Shown: positions 29,096 to 38,792, counted from the first letter of the stretch. The stretch: 64,000 nt of DNA from Minisyncoccia bacterium (GCA_044341565.1 JBIIRM010000002.1:1812-65811); one strand, 5' to 3'. Made by a program: numbers and translations. Notes: generated from the letters alone by a model not told the origin.

Positions 29096-30262
29096 ATGTT
29101 TGAGATATCAGAGAAAATCCATGCTCTAAGACATGGTATATTAGAGACGACACATAATAATATATCTACTCCTTTTTTTATGCCCGTGGCCACTAAGGGT
29201 AGTATTCGAGGTATTGGTAATCAGGAAATACTAACTCAATTCCCAACCGATATTATCTTGATGAATACCTATCATCTGTATTTGAAACCAGGATATGAAT
29301 TAGTACATAAGCTAGGAGGATTACATCAATTTACCAATTGGCCCAAAGCTATTTTGACAGATAGTGGGGGATTTCAGGTATTTAGTTTATCTAATATTAA
29401 TAAAATTACTGAAGAAGGGGTATATTTCCGGTCTCATCTAGATGGAAGTGAGCATTTATTAAGTCCAGAAGAGTCTATTCGCACACAATATTATTTAGGT
29501 AGTGATATTATTATGGTTTTAGATGAATGTCCCCCTGGGAATTCTGATAGAGCCTATATTTTGAAATCATTAGAATTAACAACAAGATGGGCAAAACGCT
29601 CCAAAGATGAATTAGAAAGATTATTGCAAAGTGATCCCAGAAAAGATAATAGCAGACCATTATTATTTGGCATTGTACAAGGTGGTATTTATGAAGATTT
29701 ACGCAAATTAAGTTTAGCCCAATTACAAGAAATTGGATTTGATGGATATGCAATTGGAGGTGTTTCAGTAGGGGAATCGAGAGCTGATGTATTACAAGTA
29801 ATACAATGGATTACTCCATTATTACCGGAAAATAAACCTCGCTATTTGATGGGGCTTGGTAAACCAGAAGAAATTGCCTATGCCAGTTCACTTGGTGTAG
29901 ATATGTTCGATTGTGTTATCCCAACGAGAGAAGCCCGCCATGGTACAATATATGTTTGGAAATCAGCCAATAAGGAACAAGATGTACATCAATATTTACG
30001 TGATTTAGAGCAAAATAAAGAGTCAGCAAGTCTTCCAGAAATAAAATTCTTTGATATTCTCAAAATACAAAATCTTATATATCGGGAAGATACTCATACT
30101 ATTGATCCTTATGCTGAGTGGGAGGGATCTCAAGCATATACGAGAGCTTATATACGGCATTTGTATAATGTCAAAGAACAATATGCCCTAGAATATCTGA
30201 GTAGACATAATTTACAATTCTATTTGGAGATGATGCAATATATTAGATCATTTAAGGGATAA
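29096..30262 (+). CDS. tgt: Queuine/tRNA-guanine transglycosylase homolog lacking the Zn-binding CxCxxC motif
   Basis: LTDSGGFQVFSL (catalytic Asp), DGSEHLLSPEES, VLDEC, RPRYLMGLGKPEE and MFDCVIPTR motifs are all present. The segment [20 protein letters not shown] of E. coli Tgt is replaced by DPYAEWEGSQAYTRAYIRHL. Confidence 0.75.
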   Translation: MFEISEKIHALRHGILETTHNNISTPFFMPVATKGSIRGIGNQEILTQFPTDIILMNTYHLYLKPGYELVHKLGGLHQFTNWPKAILTDSGGFQVFSLSNINKITEEGVYFRSHLDGSEHLLSPEESIRTQYYLGSDIIMVLDECPPGNSDRAYILKSLELTTRWAKRSKDELERLLQSDPRKDNSRPLLFGIVQGGIYEDLRKLSLAQLQEIGFDGYAIGGVSVGESRADVLQVIQWITPLLPENKPRYLMGLGKPEEIAYASSLGVDMFDCVIPTREARHGTIYVWKSANKEQDVHQYLRDLEQNKESASLPEIKFFDILKIQNLIYREDTHTIDPYAEWEGSQAYTRAYIRHLYNVKEQYALEYLSRHNLQFYLEMMQYIRSFKG

Positions 30263-30266
30263 GAAT

Positions 30267-31010
30267 ATGAAAATAGGAGTATTATGGTTCCCTGGATGGA
30301 CATCAACAGAGCATGATTTACATGAAATGATGCAATATTTACAAGAAAAAGGTATTGAATATAAAAGTATTAATTTAAAGGGACATAATACCAAATCCTC
30401 TGATTTACATGGAGTAACATATCAGGATTGGCTATATCAAGCTGAGAGAGCTTATCTTCAGGCTATGAAAAAGTGGGATATTGTATTTGTAGGGGGGCTT
30501 TCTACTGGGGGGCAATTAGCTTTGTATATAGCTTCCAAATATCCGGTAAATGGGATTATTTCTATTGGTACTCCACTTCGTATTAAGATTCAATGGAGTA
30601 TGAGATATTTTGCTCATCTTCTCAAATATATACCCTATCAAATACAGAAAAAGAATTCATTTCCTGAAAAACGTATTCAAGAAATATCATTATCTCGTAA
30701 GGGAGCCTATAATTCTTTTCCTATTAGTTCAGCGGCTCAAGTGTATTTATTGACCAAACAGGTAAGAAGATTTTATATTAAAAAGGTGAAAGACCCAATT
30801 TTACTTATACAATCAACTACGGATCATTTGATACCAGATTATAATATTGATATATTCAAAAAATGGCTTAAAACTCCAGCCAAATATATTCAAACTATGT
30901 GGATTAAAGATTCCTATCATCTGGTAAATTTAGATCATAGTAAAGAAAAAGTATTTAAGAAAATATATGCATTTATTCAAAAATATAGTATGATACAAAA
31001 AGATAAATAA
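30267..31010 (+). CDS. Alpha/beta-hydrolase (esterase/lipase-like)
   Basis: GGLSTGG (GxSxG nucleophile elbow). ~250 aa. Confidence 0.55.
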   Translation: MKIGVLWFPGWTSTEHDLHEMMQYLQEKGIEYKSINLKGHNTKSSDLHGVTYQDWLYQAERAYLQAMKKWDIVFVGGLSTGGQLALYIASKYPVNGIISIGTPLRIKIQWSMRYFAHLLKYIPYQIQKKNSFPEKRIQEISLSRKGAYNSFPISSAAQVYLLTKQVRRFYIKKVKDPILLIQSTTDHLIPDYNIDIFKKWLKTPAKYIQTMWIKDSYHLVNLDHSKEKVFKKIYAFIQKYSMIQKDK

Positions 31011-31021
31011 TATATATATAT

Positions 31022-31699
31022 ATGTCAAATTTAGTATTCGATATTGAAACAGTAGGGGATAATTGGGAATCTTTAGATGTTGATACTCAAAAATATTTAT
31101 TAAAATATGCTGAGAATGAGGAGCAACAAGAATTAGTAAAGACCACATTAGGATTATATCCTCTTACAGGTCAAATTGTTGCAATAGGATTATATGACCC
31201 TGATAAAGATATTAAAAGTGTGTACTTACAGGCTCCTAATGGTAAATTAGAAGAACGATATGAAAAGGATGGAGTACATTATTTGGTGGGTAGCGAGGCT
31301 GAAATCTTAGAAAAGTTTTGGGCTACTATTCGCAAGTATTCAACCTTTATTACCTTTAATGGAAGATCATTTGATTGTCCTTATATTTTGATGCGATCAG
31401 CCATTCATCGTATTAAACCTACTAAAAATTTGATACCATATCGCTATTCTGATAAAGAGCATATTGATTTATTTGATCAATTAACATTTTATAATACAAC
31501 AAAACGATTTAATTTAGATTATTTTTGTAAACGATTTGGGATTACAAGTCCAAAAAGTGCTGGAGTTACCGGTTTAGATGTACCTCAGATGTTTATTGAT
31601 GGTAAATATCATGATATTGCAGAATATTGTATGAGAGATGTAGTCGCAACAGGTGAACTATTTCAAATTTGGCGAGATTATATTAAATCTTCTCTATGA
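31022..31699 (+). CDS. Stand-alone PolB-type 3'-5' exonuclease-domain protein (DEDD family)
   Basis: FDIETVG (Exo I) and YCMRDVVAT (Exo III YxxxD) motifs. Confidence 0.55.
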   Translation: MSNLVFDIETVGDNWESLDVDTQKYLLKYAENEEQQELVKTTLGLYPLTGQIVAIGLYDPDKDIKSVYLQAPNGKLEERYEKDGVHYLVGSEAEILEKFWATIRKYSTFITFNGRSFDCPYILMRSAIHRIKPTKNLIPYRYSDKEHIDLFDQLTFYNTTKRFNLDYFCKRFGITSPKSAGVTGLDVPQMFIDGKYHDIAEYCMRDVVATGELFQIWRDYIKSSL

Positions 31700-32547
31700 G
31701 CCTTAAACTCTCAATTGTTATTTTAGCTTGGAATAATCAAAAAGATTTACAGGCTTGTATTGAGTCTATCAGGGATACATATAAGGAATATTATCAGCTT
31801 ATTATTATCGATAATGGCTCTACAGATAATACGGCTGCATATTTACAGGAATTAGATCAAATATGGGATAATAAGAAAGCTCTATTAACTATTATTACGA
31901 ATAAAGATAATTTGGGTTATGCTGCGGGGAATAATGTTGCCTTAAAACATATTCAGGGGGAATATACTCTTTGGCTTAATCAAGATATTGTAGTACAGCC
32001 AAGTAGTATTGAGGAATTGGTCGCTATATTAGATAGGCATTCTGAATATAGTATGGTGGCTCCTCAATTACAATATCCAGATGGGAGTATACAAAAAAGT
32101 TGTAGGCAGCTCCCGAACCCTAAACATATGCTCAGCTCAGTTATTAAGGGGGCATGGAATGATAATTTTGATTATACTCAAAGCCAAGAATGTGAACAAC
32201 CTATGGCATCAGCTATTATGATACGAAGTAGTATTATACAGGAAATTGGGGGATTTGATGATAATGCTGATTATTGGTTATTCTTTAATGATGTCGATTT
32301 ATCCAAAAATTTGCAATCAAGAGGATATATTACCTATTATGTAGCCCAGGCTCATATGTATCATTATCATGGGGCAAGCACTAAAAAACTTCTTAATATG
32401 AAGAAAAGACTATATTGGCAAAGGGGATTTAATCGATATTTTAGTAAATGGTATTATACTCAATGGTATCAAAAAATAGCATTATATATATTCTCATGGA
32501 TATTATTTGGAGGACTGAGTATAAGAGATGTAATTCGTGGAAAATAG
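31696..32547 (+). CDS. Family-2 glycosyltransferase
   Basis: LSIVILAWNNQKDL...IIIDNGSTDNT (GT-A fold; DxD-like DVD present). Confidence 0.7.
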   Translation: MSLKLSIVILAWNNQKDLQACIESIRDTYKEYYQLIIIDNGSTDNTAAYLQELDQIWDNKKALLTIITNKDNLGYAAGNNVALKHIQGEYTLWLNQDIVVQPSSIEELVAILDRHSEYSMVAPQLQYPDGSIQKSCRQLPNPKHMLSSVIKGAWNDNFDYTQSQECEQPMASAIMIRSSIIQEIGGFDDNADYWLFFNDVDLSKNLQSRGYITYYVAQAHMYHYHGASTKKLLNMKKRLYWQRGFNRYFSKWYYTQWYQKIALYIFSWILFGGLSIRDVIRGK

Positions 32548-32594
32548 TAGTAATATATGATATAATAGATAGCAATTAAGAACAAGATATTGGT

Positions 32595-34028
32595 ATGATT
32601 AAAACAAGAATAGCTCCCTCTCCTACAGGAAATCTTCATATAGGAACTGCAAGGACGGCATTATTTAATTATTTATACGCCAAAAATCAAAAAGGAATAT
32701 TTTCTATTCGTATTGAAGATACTGATATCGCTCGCTCAACTAAAGAATCAGAGCAAGATATTATAGAGGGATTAGAATGGCTTGGATTAATTCCTGATGA
32801 GGGTGTTTCGGTGAAAGGGGAAATAGGGGGGCTGGGACCTTATCGCCAAAGTCAAAGAGGGGATATATATAAACCCTATTTGGAACAATTAATACAAAGT
32901 GGCAATGCTTTTTGGTGTAATCTTACTGAACAAGAAATTGATATCTTAAAACAGCAGGCTAATGACAAAAACGAGCAATTTGTATTGAGGTCTCCCTATC
33001 GTGATCAGAGTATTGAGCCTACTCAAGAATCAGTTTTAAGATTTAAGGTAAGTGACACTAAAATTAGTTTTGAGGATAAAATTAAAGGATTCATTGAATT
33101 TGATACTTCTTTACTGGGTGATTTTGTCATAGCAAAAAATTTAGATTATCCTCTATATAATTTTGTAGTAGTAATAGATGATGAATTAATGCAAATTACC
33201 CATATTATCCGAGGAGATGATCATATCGCAAATACCCCAAAGCAAATACTTATTAATCAGGCTTTGGGATTTAGCCGTAAGAATTTTGCTCATTTACCTC
33301 TTATTCTGGCTCCTGATAAATCAAAAATGTCTAAGCGTTTTGGAGCAACCTCTATTCGAGAATATAAGGATCAGGGATATTTACCAGAAGCTCTTATTAA
33401 TTTCCTCGCTTTACTTGGATGGAATGAAGGAAATGATAGGGAATATTATACTATGGGTGAAATCATCGAGAAGTTTAGTCTTAAGCGGGTACAGAAAAGT
33501 GGAGCAATTTTTAATATTCAGAAATTAGACTCAATTAATTCTCATTATATCAAGCAATTAAGCCCTGAGGAACAAATTGAACTTGGTACTCAATATCTTA
33601 TACAAAATGGATTTGATATTGATATATGGAGCCCTAAACAGCTCAAAGCCATTATTCAACTCGAAATAAATCGTATCAAAAAATTTGCTGATATTGGTAA
33701 GGAAATTGGCTTTTTATGGAATCAGCCTGAATATAGTCCTGATATATTGGCTTTTAAGGCTATGACAAAAGAAGATAGTATTGTAAGTCTTGAGTGGTCT
33801 TATCAATTAGTGTATACTATAGAGGAAAGTCAATTTGATACAATAGAGTCTATTATAAAAGATGCTATACAAAAAGATAATAGACAAATGGGAGAAATAT
33901 TATGGCCTTTAAGAGTTGCATTATCGGGATTAGAAAAGTCGCCATCACCATTCGAGATGATCTCAATAATGGGTAAAGAGGAGACTCTAAAACGCATTCA
34001 ATATGCTCAAAATATGCTGAGAGAATAA
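32595..34028 (+). CDS. gltX: Glutamyl-tRNA synthetase
   Basis: RIAPSPTGNLHIGTARTALFNY (HIGH motif) and KMSKR motif. Confidence 0.9.
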   Translation: MIKTRIAPSPTGNLHIGTARTALFNYLYAKNQKGIFSIRIEDTDIARSTKESEQDIIEGLEWLGLIPDEGVSVKGEIGGLGPYRQSQRGDIYKPYLEQLIQSGNAFWCNLTEQEIDILKQQANDKNEQFVLRSPYRDQSIEPTQESVLRFKVSDTKISFEDKIKGFIEFDTSLLGDFVIAKNLDYPLYNFVVVIDDELMQITHIIRGDDHIANTPKQILINQALGFSRKNFAHLPLILAPDKSKMSKRFGATSIREYKDQGYLPEALINFLALLGWNEGNDREYYTMGEIIEKFSLKRVQKSGAIFNIQKLDSINSHYIKQLSPEEQIELGTQYLIQNGFDIDIWSPKQLKAIIQLEINRIKKFADIGKEIGFLWNQPEYSPDILAFKAMTKEDSIVSLEWSYQLVYTIEESQFDTIESIIKDAIQKDNRQMGEILWPLRVALSGLEKSPSPFEMISIMGKEETLKRIQYAQNMLRE

Positions 34029-34067
34029 TTGACACAATATAAGTCCTAGAACAAACAAGAATACAAT

Positions 34068-35315
34068 ATGAAATTAAGACATACAATTGCAGTATTCAGT
34101 ATAATAGCCTTGATTATAACTCAAGGAGCTATTCCAGTATTAGCAGTAACCCAATCAGAGATTAATACAAAAAATGCTCAAATTCAAAAAATTGAACAAC
34201 AAATTCAAGCAATTCAGAATAAAAAAAATCAAACTTCACAGCAAAAAAGTAGTAAAGAAGCAGAAGTTAATGCACTGAGAGGACAGGTCAATCAATTGAA
34301 TTCAGATATTAAAAATTTGCAGGGACAATTAGTAGAAGTGGGCCAAAAATTAAATGAAACAGAAGGAAATATTCAAGAAACAACACAAAATATTCAAGAT
34401 TTAGAAAGTCAAATTGCAAGTAATAAAGAGACAATTAGAAGTTTAGTAGAGAGTTTATATAAGCAGTCTCAAGTAAAAAATGAAATCGTCGCAGCTGTAA
34501 GTGCAGATACATTATCTGAAGTATTCAATGAGGTAGAATATTCCGATACGATGCAAAGTAAAATACAAGTTCTTCTTGCTGATATTATGTCAAAAAAAGA
34601 AGCCCTAGATATAGCAAATCAAAATTTGTCCAATCAAAAGGCTACATTAGCATCTACACAGGGTACATTACAGGATAGAAAAGAATCAATTGAAAGTAAT
34701 AAAAATCAAGTTCAAAATCAAGCTCAAGCTTCTGCTGTAGCTGTAAATCAATTAAATTCTAGTCTTAATAGTTTGTCATCTCAGGAACAAGTGCTTGAGA
34801 AGCAAAGACGAGCAACAGCGGTTGAACTTGCTAATTTAGAAGCGGCTTTATCTCGTCAATTTGGAGGTGGGGGAACAGTATGTTCAGCTCGAGGATATTC
34901 TTGGCCTGTACAGGGGGGTAAAATTACACAAGGATATGGTATGACTTCATTTGCAAAAACAGGAGCTTATGGAGGTGCTGGACATAATGGCATTGATATT
35001 GGGGCTCCAAACGGTACTCCTGTATATGCTACCGCAGCAGGTACGGTGGTAAGTGTTGGATTTAATAATAATTCCTATGGAAAATGGATAGTAATTAAAC
35101 ATACAGACGGATACTTCTCATTATACGGTCACTTATCAGCTCAAAATGTATCAAATGGACAATCTGTCACCAGAGGACAGAGAATTGGGGCAATAGGTTC
35201 AACAGGTTTTGCAACAGGGCCTCATCTTCATTTTACGATTTATTTGCCTAATTCTCTCAGAATTGGATCTAGTCCACAGGGAGCTCCGGTAAACCCATCA
35301 AGTTGTGGCTATTAG
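34068..35315 (+). CDS. M23-family peptidoglycan metalloendopeptidase with an N-terminal signal peptide and a long coiled coil (EnvC-like)
   Basis: Q/N-rich heptad region ~aa 30-260. The C-terminus has GHNGIDIGAPNGTPVYA...HLHFTIY M23 motifs. Confidence 0.8.
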   Translation: MKLRHTIAVFSIIALIITQGAIPVLAVTQSEINTKNAQIQKIEQQIQAIQNKKNQTSQQKSSKEAEVNALRGQVNQLNSDIKNLQGQLVEVGQKLNETEGNIQETTQNIQDLESQIASNKETIRSLVESLYKQSQVKNEIVAAVSADTLSEVFNEVEYSDTMQSKIQVLLADIMSKKEALDIANQNLSNQKATLASTQGTLQDRKESIESNKNQVQNQAQASAVAVNQLNSSLNSLSSQEQVLEKQRRATAVELANLEAALSRQFGGGGTVCSARGYSWPVQGGKITQGYGMTSFAKTGAYGGAGHNGIDIGAPNGTPVYATAAGTVVSVGFNNNSYGKWIVIKHTDGYFSLYGHLSAQNVSNGQSVTRGQRIGAIGSTGFATGPHLHFTIYLPNSLRIGSSPQGAPVNPSSCGY

Positions 35316-35318
35316 TAT

Positions 35319-35768
35319 ATGAAAAAACGTTTAAGTAGTAAATCAACGACAAAATCTCCTTCAAAGCATTATGTTCGAAATGGATTTATTGGATTATTGC
35401 TTATTATAGCTATTGGATTTATTGCAAAGAATCTTTTTATTATATTTGAACGTAAATATGCAATAGAACAAGAAAAACAAGCATTAACTAAACAAGTTGC
35501 TCGTATTAAACAAGATTTTTTGTCTCTAGAGCAGATAAAAGAATATATTAGCTCTTCTGCTTATCAAGAAAAAGAAGCTAAACAAAAACTTGATCTCAAG
35601 AAACCAGGTGAACAAGTAGTATTAATAACTCCAGGCTCAATTACGGCTAATCTTAATGATCAAGATTTAGTATCAATTCTAAGAGCCCCCCAAGCCGAAA
35701 AAAGACTTCCAGCTCAAACCAATCCAGAGCGATGGTGGGCATTTTTCTTTGATAAAGAGCGATTATAA
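35319..35768 (+). CDS. FtsB/DivIC-like septum-formation initiator
   Basis: Basic N-terminus, a single transmembrane helix (LLLIIAIGFIA), a coiled coil, then KKPGEQVVLITPG. Confidence 0.45.
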   Translation: MKKRLSSKSTTKSPSKHYVRNGFIGLLLIIAIGFIAKNLFIIFERKYAIEQEKQALTKQVARIKQDFLSLEQIKEYISSSAYQEKEAKQKLDLKKPGEQVVLITPGSITANLNDQDLVSILRAPQAEKRLPAQTNPERWWAFFFDKERL

Positions 35769-35773
35769 TAATG

Positions 35774-35845
35774 TTGTCCGACCAGGACTCGAACCTAGAT
35801 TAACAGGACCAAAACCTGTCGTCCTACCAATTAGACGATCGGACA
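35774..35845 (-). tRNA. tRNA-Gln (anticodon UUG)
   Basis: Reverse complement TGTCCGA-TC-GTCT-AATTGGTA-GGAC-G-ACAGG-TTTTGGT-CCTGT-TAAT-CTAGG-TTCGAGT-CCTGG-TCGGACA-A. The cloverleaf was folded by hand. It has a U1-A72 pair, TTG at positions 34-36, and no encoded CCA. Confidence 0.8.
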
Positions 35846-36081
35846 TATAAATTAAATTATATCAAATATTTTAGGATAAATCAATTATTTTTAATTTACT
35901 CCAAAGAATGGTGCAATAATATAAGAAAGTAGTCCTAATAATATGATGATAAAAAATATAATAAATACTGTTTTTTTAACAAAGCGTTTGAGTTTTGGGG
36001 AAATAGTCATAATTAATTGAAATTTTATCATATATAGTGTATAATACATCTATGAGTATAATAATGTCAAGATAAATCTGT

Positions 36082-36750
36082 ATGAAAAAAGAAGTTATAT
36101 CATTAGTGGTAGAAAAGCGTGAAAAGAAAGGAAGTAGCCAAAGTGTTATTTTACGAAAACAAGGATTAGTTCCAGGAGTATTATATGGAAGTGGACTGGG
36201 TAAGGCAAAGCCAGAATTAATACAAATTAATGCTCTTGAGCTTAATAAAATATTAGCTGAAGTAGAAGAGTCAACTCTTATTACTATTGTCTTGGGAAAA
36301 AAATCATATCCTACTCTTGTGAAGGATATTCAAAGAAATCCATTAAAGGCTGAAATTTTATCTATTGATTTTTTTGCACCTGATTTAAATGAAGAGGTTG
36401 AAACACCCGTAGTTCTTGAATTTGAGGGAGTATCTCAATCAGAAAAAGATGGAAATATTTTAATCAAAATTCATCAAGAAATAGAGGTAGCTGCTTTGCC
36501 TGGAGATTTGCCAGAACATATAGTAGTTGATATATCAACTCTTGAGACAGTAGATGATGTGATTCGTGTTTCTGATTTAGTATTCCCAAAGGGAGTTACC
36601 TCTTTACTTGAGGCAGAAGAATTAATTGCAATTACGGAAGCTCCACAATCGGAAGAAGAGCCAGAACTTAGCAAAGAAGAATTAGATGCTTTAGAGAAAT
36701 CTCAAGCTGAAAATAACTCTAAAGATAAAGAGGAAGAAGAAACAGAATAA
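36082..36750 (+). CDS. rplY: 50S ribosomal protein L25 / general stress protein Ctc
   Basis: N-terminus MKKEVISLVVEKREKKGSSQSVILRKQGLVPGVLYG and an acidic C-terminal tail. Confidence 0.75.
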   Translation: MKKEVISLVVEKREKKGSSQSVILRKQGLVPGVLYGSGLGKAKPELIQINALELNKILAEVEESTLITIVLGKKSYPTLVKDIQRNPLKAEILSIDFFAPDLNEEVETPVVLEFEGVSQSEKDGNILIKIHQEIEVAALPGDLPEHIVVDISTLETVDDVIRVSDLVFPKGVTSLLEAEELIAITEAPQSEEEPELSKEELDALEKSQAENNSKDKEEEETE

Positions 36751-36758
36751 TATTTACT

Positions 36759-38117
36759 ATGAGTTCTAAAAACAAAAATAATTTCATCTCAAAAATCATA
36801 CAATATAGTAGTATATATGTATTGATATTGGGTTTTATTTTAATTCCTGCATATCCTGTATTAGCTAATTCTAAATTGGAAGACACCAAGAAGAATTTGA
36901 GTACTGAATTGACTAAAATTCAAGATTTAACTGATTCTAAAAAAGAAACTGATGTAAAAGTGAGAACATTGGCTAAAGAATTAGAGTCTCTTGATAATGA
37001 AATTAATTCTTCTCAAAAAAATCTTGATGCTACTAATAAAGATATTAATTCTATACAAACAGAATTAGGTGAAACTCGACAATATATTAGTACTTTGGAG
37101 CAAACAATTGTTGCTCAAAAATCTCTGATTAAGGAATATATTAGTAGTTTATATACTCAAAAAGATGTATCATTATTCGAGGTGGTATTATCTGAAGATC
37201 AATTATCTGAATTATTAGGTTCAGTGCAGAAAACAGGAGTTATGCAAGACTCTATTACTGAATCTATTGGTTTAATTCAAGCCAAAGAAAAAGAAATTGT
37301 ATCAGAAAAACAACATTTATTTGATAAAGAAGAAGAGCTAATTGCATTGAGACAGTCTCAAGAACAGCAAAAGAATTTATTAGAGCAAACTCAATCAGAT
37401 AAAGAAACCTTATTTGCCCAAACTAAAGGGGAGCAATCTCAATATGAAGCTTTATTAAAAGAATCATTTGCAACTAAGCAAAATCTTTTGAATAGTATTA
37501 AAGTATTAGGTGGTTCTGATGGAAGACCAGGAGCTATTTCTCTAGAAGAAGCTTATGCTTTGGCTTCGGCTAATACGGCAAGACTTGGTAATAAAATACG
37601 TCCAGAATATTTAGTCGGTGTGATGAAAACAGAGTCTGGACTTGGAGGTAATGTAGGGAGGTCATTTTATAAAGATTCATTAAGTGGATGTGCTGCACGT
37701 GAAGGGAATACCACAAAATTAAATTATACTCGCGAAGAACAATCTTTTGAAAAAATTACTTCTGCATTAAATTTACCAATTACTCAACCGGTATCTGGAT
37801 GTCCTTATCCTAAATATATTGGAACGGGAGGAGCTATGGGGCCTGCTCAAGTAATGCCTGCAACATGGCTTGGCTATGAAGGAAAATTAAAAGGATTAAA
37901 AGGGTCAGCTGTAAGCCCATGGAGTATTGAAGATGCTATGCTGGCAATGGGAATGATTTTACTTGGTAAAGTGGGGGATCAATCTATTGCAGGTAATGAG
38001 GAATTAGAACGTAAAGCTGCCTTATGTTATCTTGGGGGATGTAATGTTAAGAATATGTGGTATGCAGATACAGTATTAAATGAAGCTACAAGAACCAAAG
38101 AATTACTTGGAAAATAA
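36759..38117 (+). CDS. Secreted coiled-coil protein with a C-terminal lysozyme-like (lytic transglycosylase-like) domain
   Basis: Signal peptide/transmembrane helix, then a ~250-aa coiled coil. The C-terminus has LVGVMKTESGLGGNVG (an ES-containing catalytic-type motif). The architecture parallels the M23 protein at 34068. Confidence 0.4.
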   Translation: MSSKNKNNFISKIIQYSSIYVLILGFILIPAYPVLANSKLEDTKKNLSTELTKIQDLTDSKKETDVKVRTLAKELESLDNEINSSQKNLDATNKDINSIQTELGETRQYISTLEQTIVAQKSLIKEYISSLYTQKDVSLFEVVLSEDQLSELLGSVQKTGVMQDSITESIGLIQAKEKEIVSEKQHLFDKEEELIALRQSQEQQKNLLEQTQSDKETLFAQTKGEQSQYEALLKESFATKQNLLNSIKVLGGSDGRPGAISLEEAYALASANTARLGNKIRPEYLVGVMKTESGLGGNVGRSFYKDSLSGCAAREGNTTKLNYTREEQSFEKITSALNLPITQPVSGCPYPKYIGTGGAMGPAQVMPATWLGYEGKLKGLKGSAVSPWSIEDAMLAMGMILLGKVGDQSIAGNEELERKAALCYLGGCNVKNMWYADTVLNEATRTKELLGK

Positions 38118-38150
38118 AATCCCCTCACACTAAACAGAGAAAAGGGGATT
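38118..38150. terminator. Bidirectional intrinsic terminator between convergent genes
   Basis: Hairpin aatcccctcacactaaacagagaaaaggggatt, flanked by A/T runs on both sides. Confidence 0.5.
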
Positions 38151-38176
38151 GATTTAATTTATGTTATAAGGTCTTT

Positions 38177-38764
38177 TTATAGGGAGGGTACGGAAGCGGT
38201 GTATTTGCTCCATGCATGAATTTGTCCTTCGGTTAGGTTTTGAGCCTTTTGTACGGTATCTGATAAATCATCTAGACTAAAAGCAATATCTTGTCCAGCA
38301 TTAAGACTTTTTTGATAATAGGTATTTTTCAATACTGTTTCAGCATATAGTCTTTGTTCTTTTGACAGAGATATATTTTTCTCTTTGATATACTCAGATA
38401 CTGCATTTCGAGCTAAATGAGTGACCCCATCACCCATTCTTGCCTTTACCGTAATCTCAGAGTCATTTTTTTGAATATCTACACTCGTATCATTATTCTT
38501 TTTTTCATCTTCAGTCTTTGCAGCTTCGTCTTGATTCTCAGTCTTATCAGTCATTTCATCCTGTGTCTTATCTTCGTCTTTCTTTATATCTTCAACTTTC
38601 TCTTCTACGCTCTTATCTTTCTTATCAGTATTGGTATCTCGGTTGAATGCATATACTCCACTAACTATCAAGAATATGATTAAAAATATTGATAAAATAT
38701 TTTTAGCCCAAAATCCTTGCTCTTCTTCTGGTTGTTCTTCTGTTGTTTTCTTTTCTTCACTCAC
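38177..38764 (-). CDS. Membrane-anchored acidic/low-complexity protein of unknown function
   Basis: Acidic N-terminus, a transmembrane helix (ILSIFLIIFLIVSGVYAF), a D/E/K-rich linker and a C-terminal globular part. Confidence 0.4.
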   Translation of the reverse strand: MSEEKKTTEEQPEEEQGFWAKNILSIFLIIFLIVSGVYAFNRDTNTDKKDKSVEEKVEDIKKDEDKTQDEMTDKTENQDEAAKTEDEKKNNDTSVDIQKNDSEITVKARMGDGVTHLARNAVSEYIKEKNISLSKEQRLYAETVLKNTYYQKSLNAGQDIAFSLDDLSDTVQKAQNLTEGQIHAWSKYTASVPSL

Positions 38765-38792
38765 TTCTATTCACCTCCTTTCTTTGATTAAT

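Noticed and set aside
33217-33528. Internal or alternative-frame ORFs within gltX (33217-33528), the acidic membrane protein (38417-38683), prfA (40271-40486), pilC (61138-61593), the surface protein (973-1203, 1851-2140, 2506-2758) and others in the track
   Set aside because: They are embedded in or antisense to strongly supported genes with conserved motifs. They have AT-rich low-complexity translations (Ile/Leu/Phe/Lys runs) typical of spurious ORFs in low-GC genomes.
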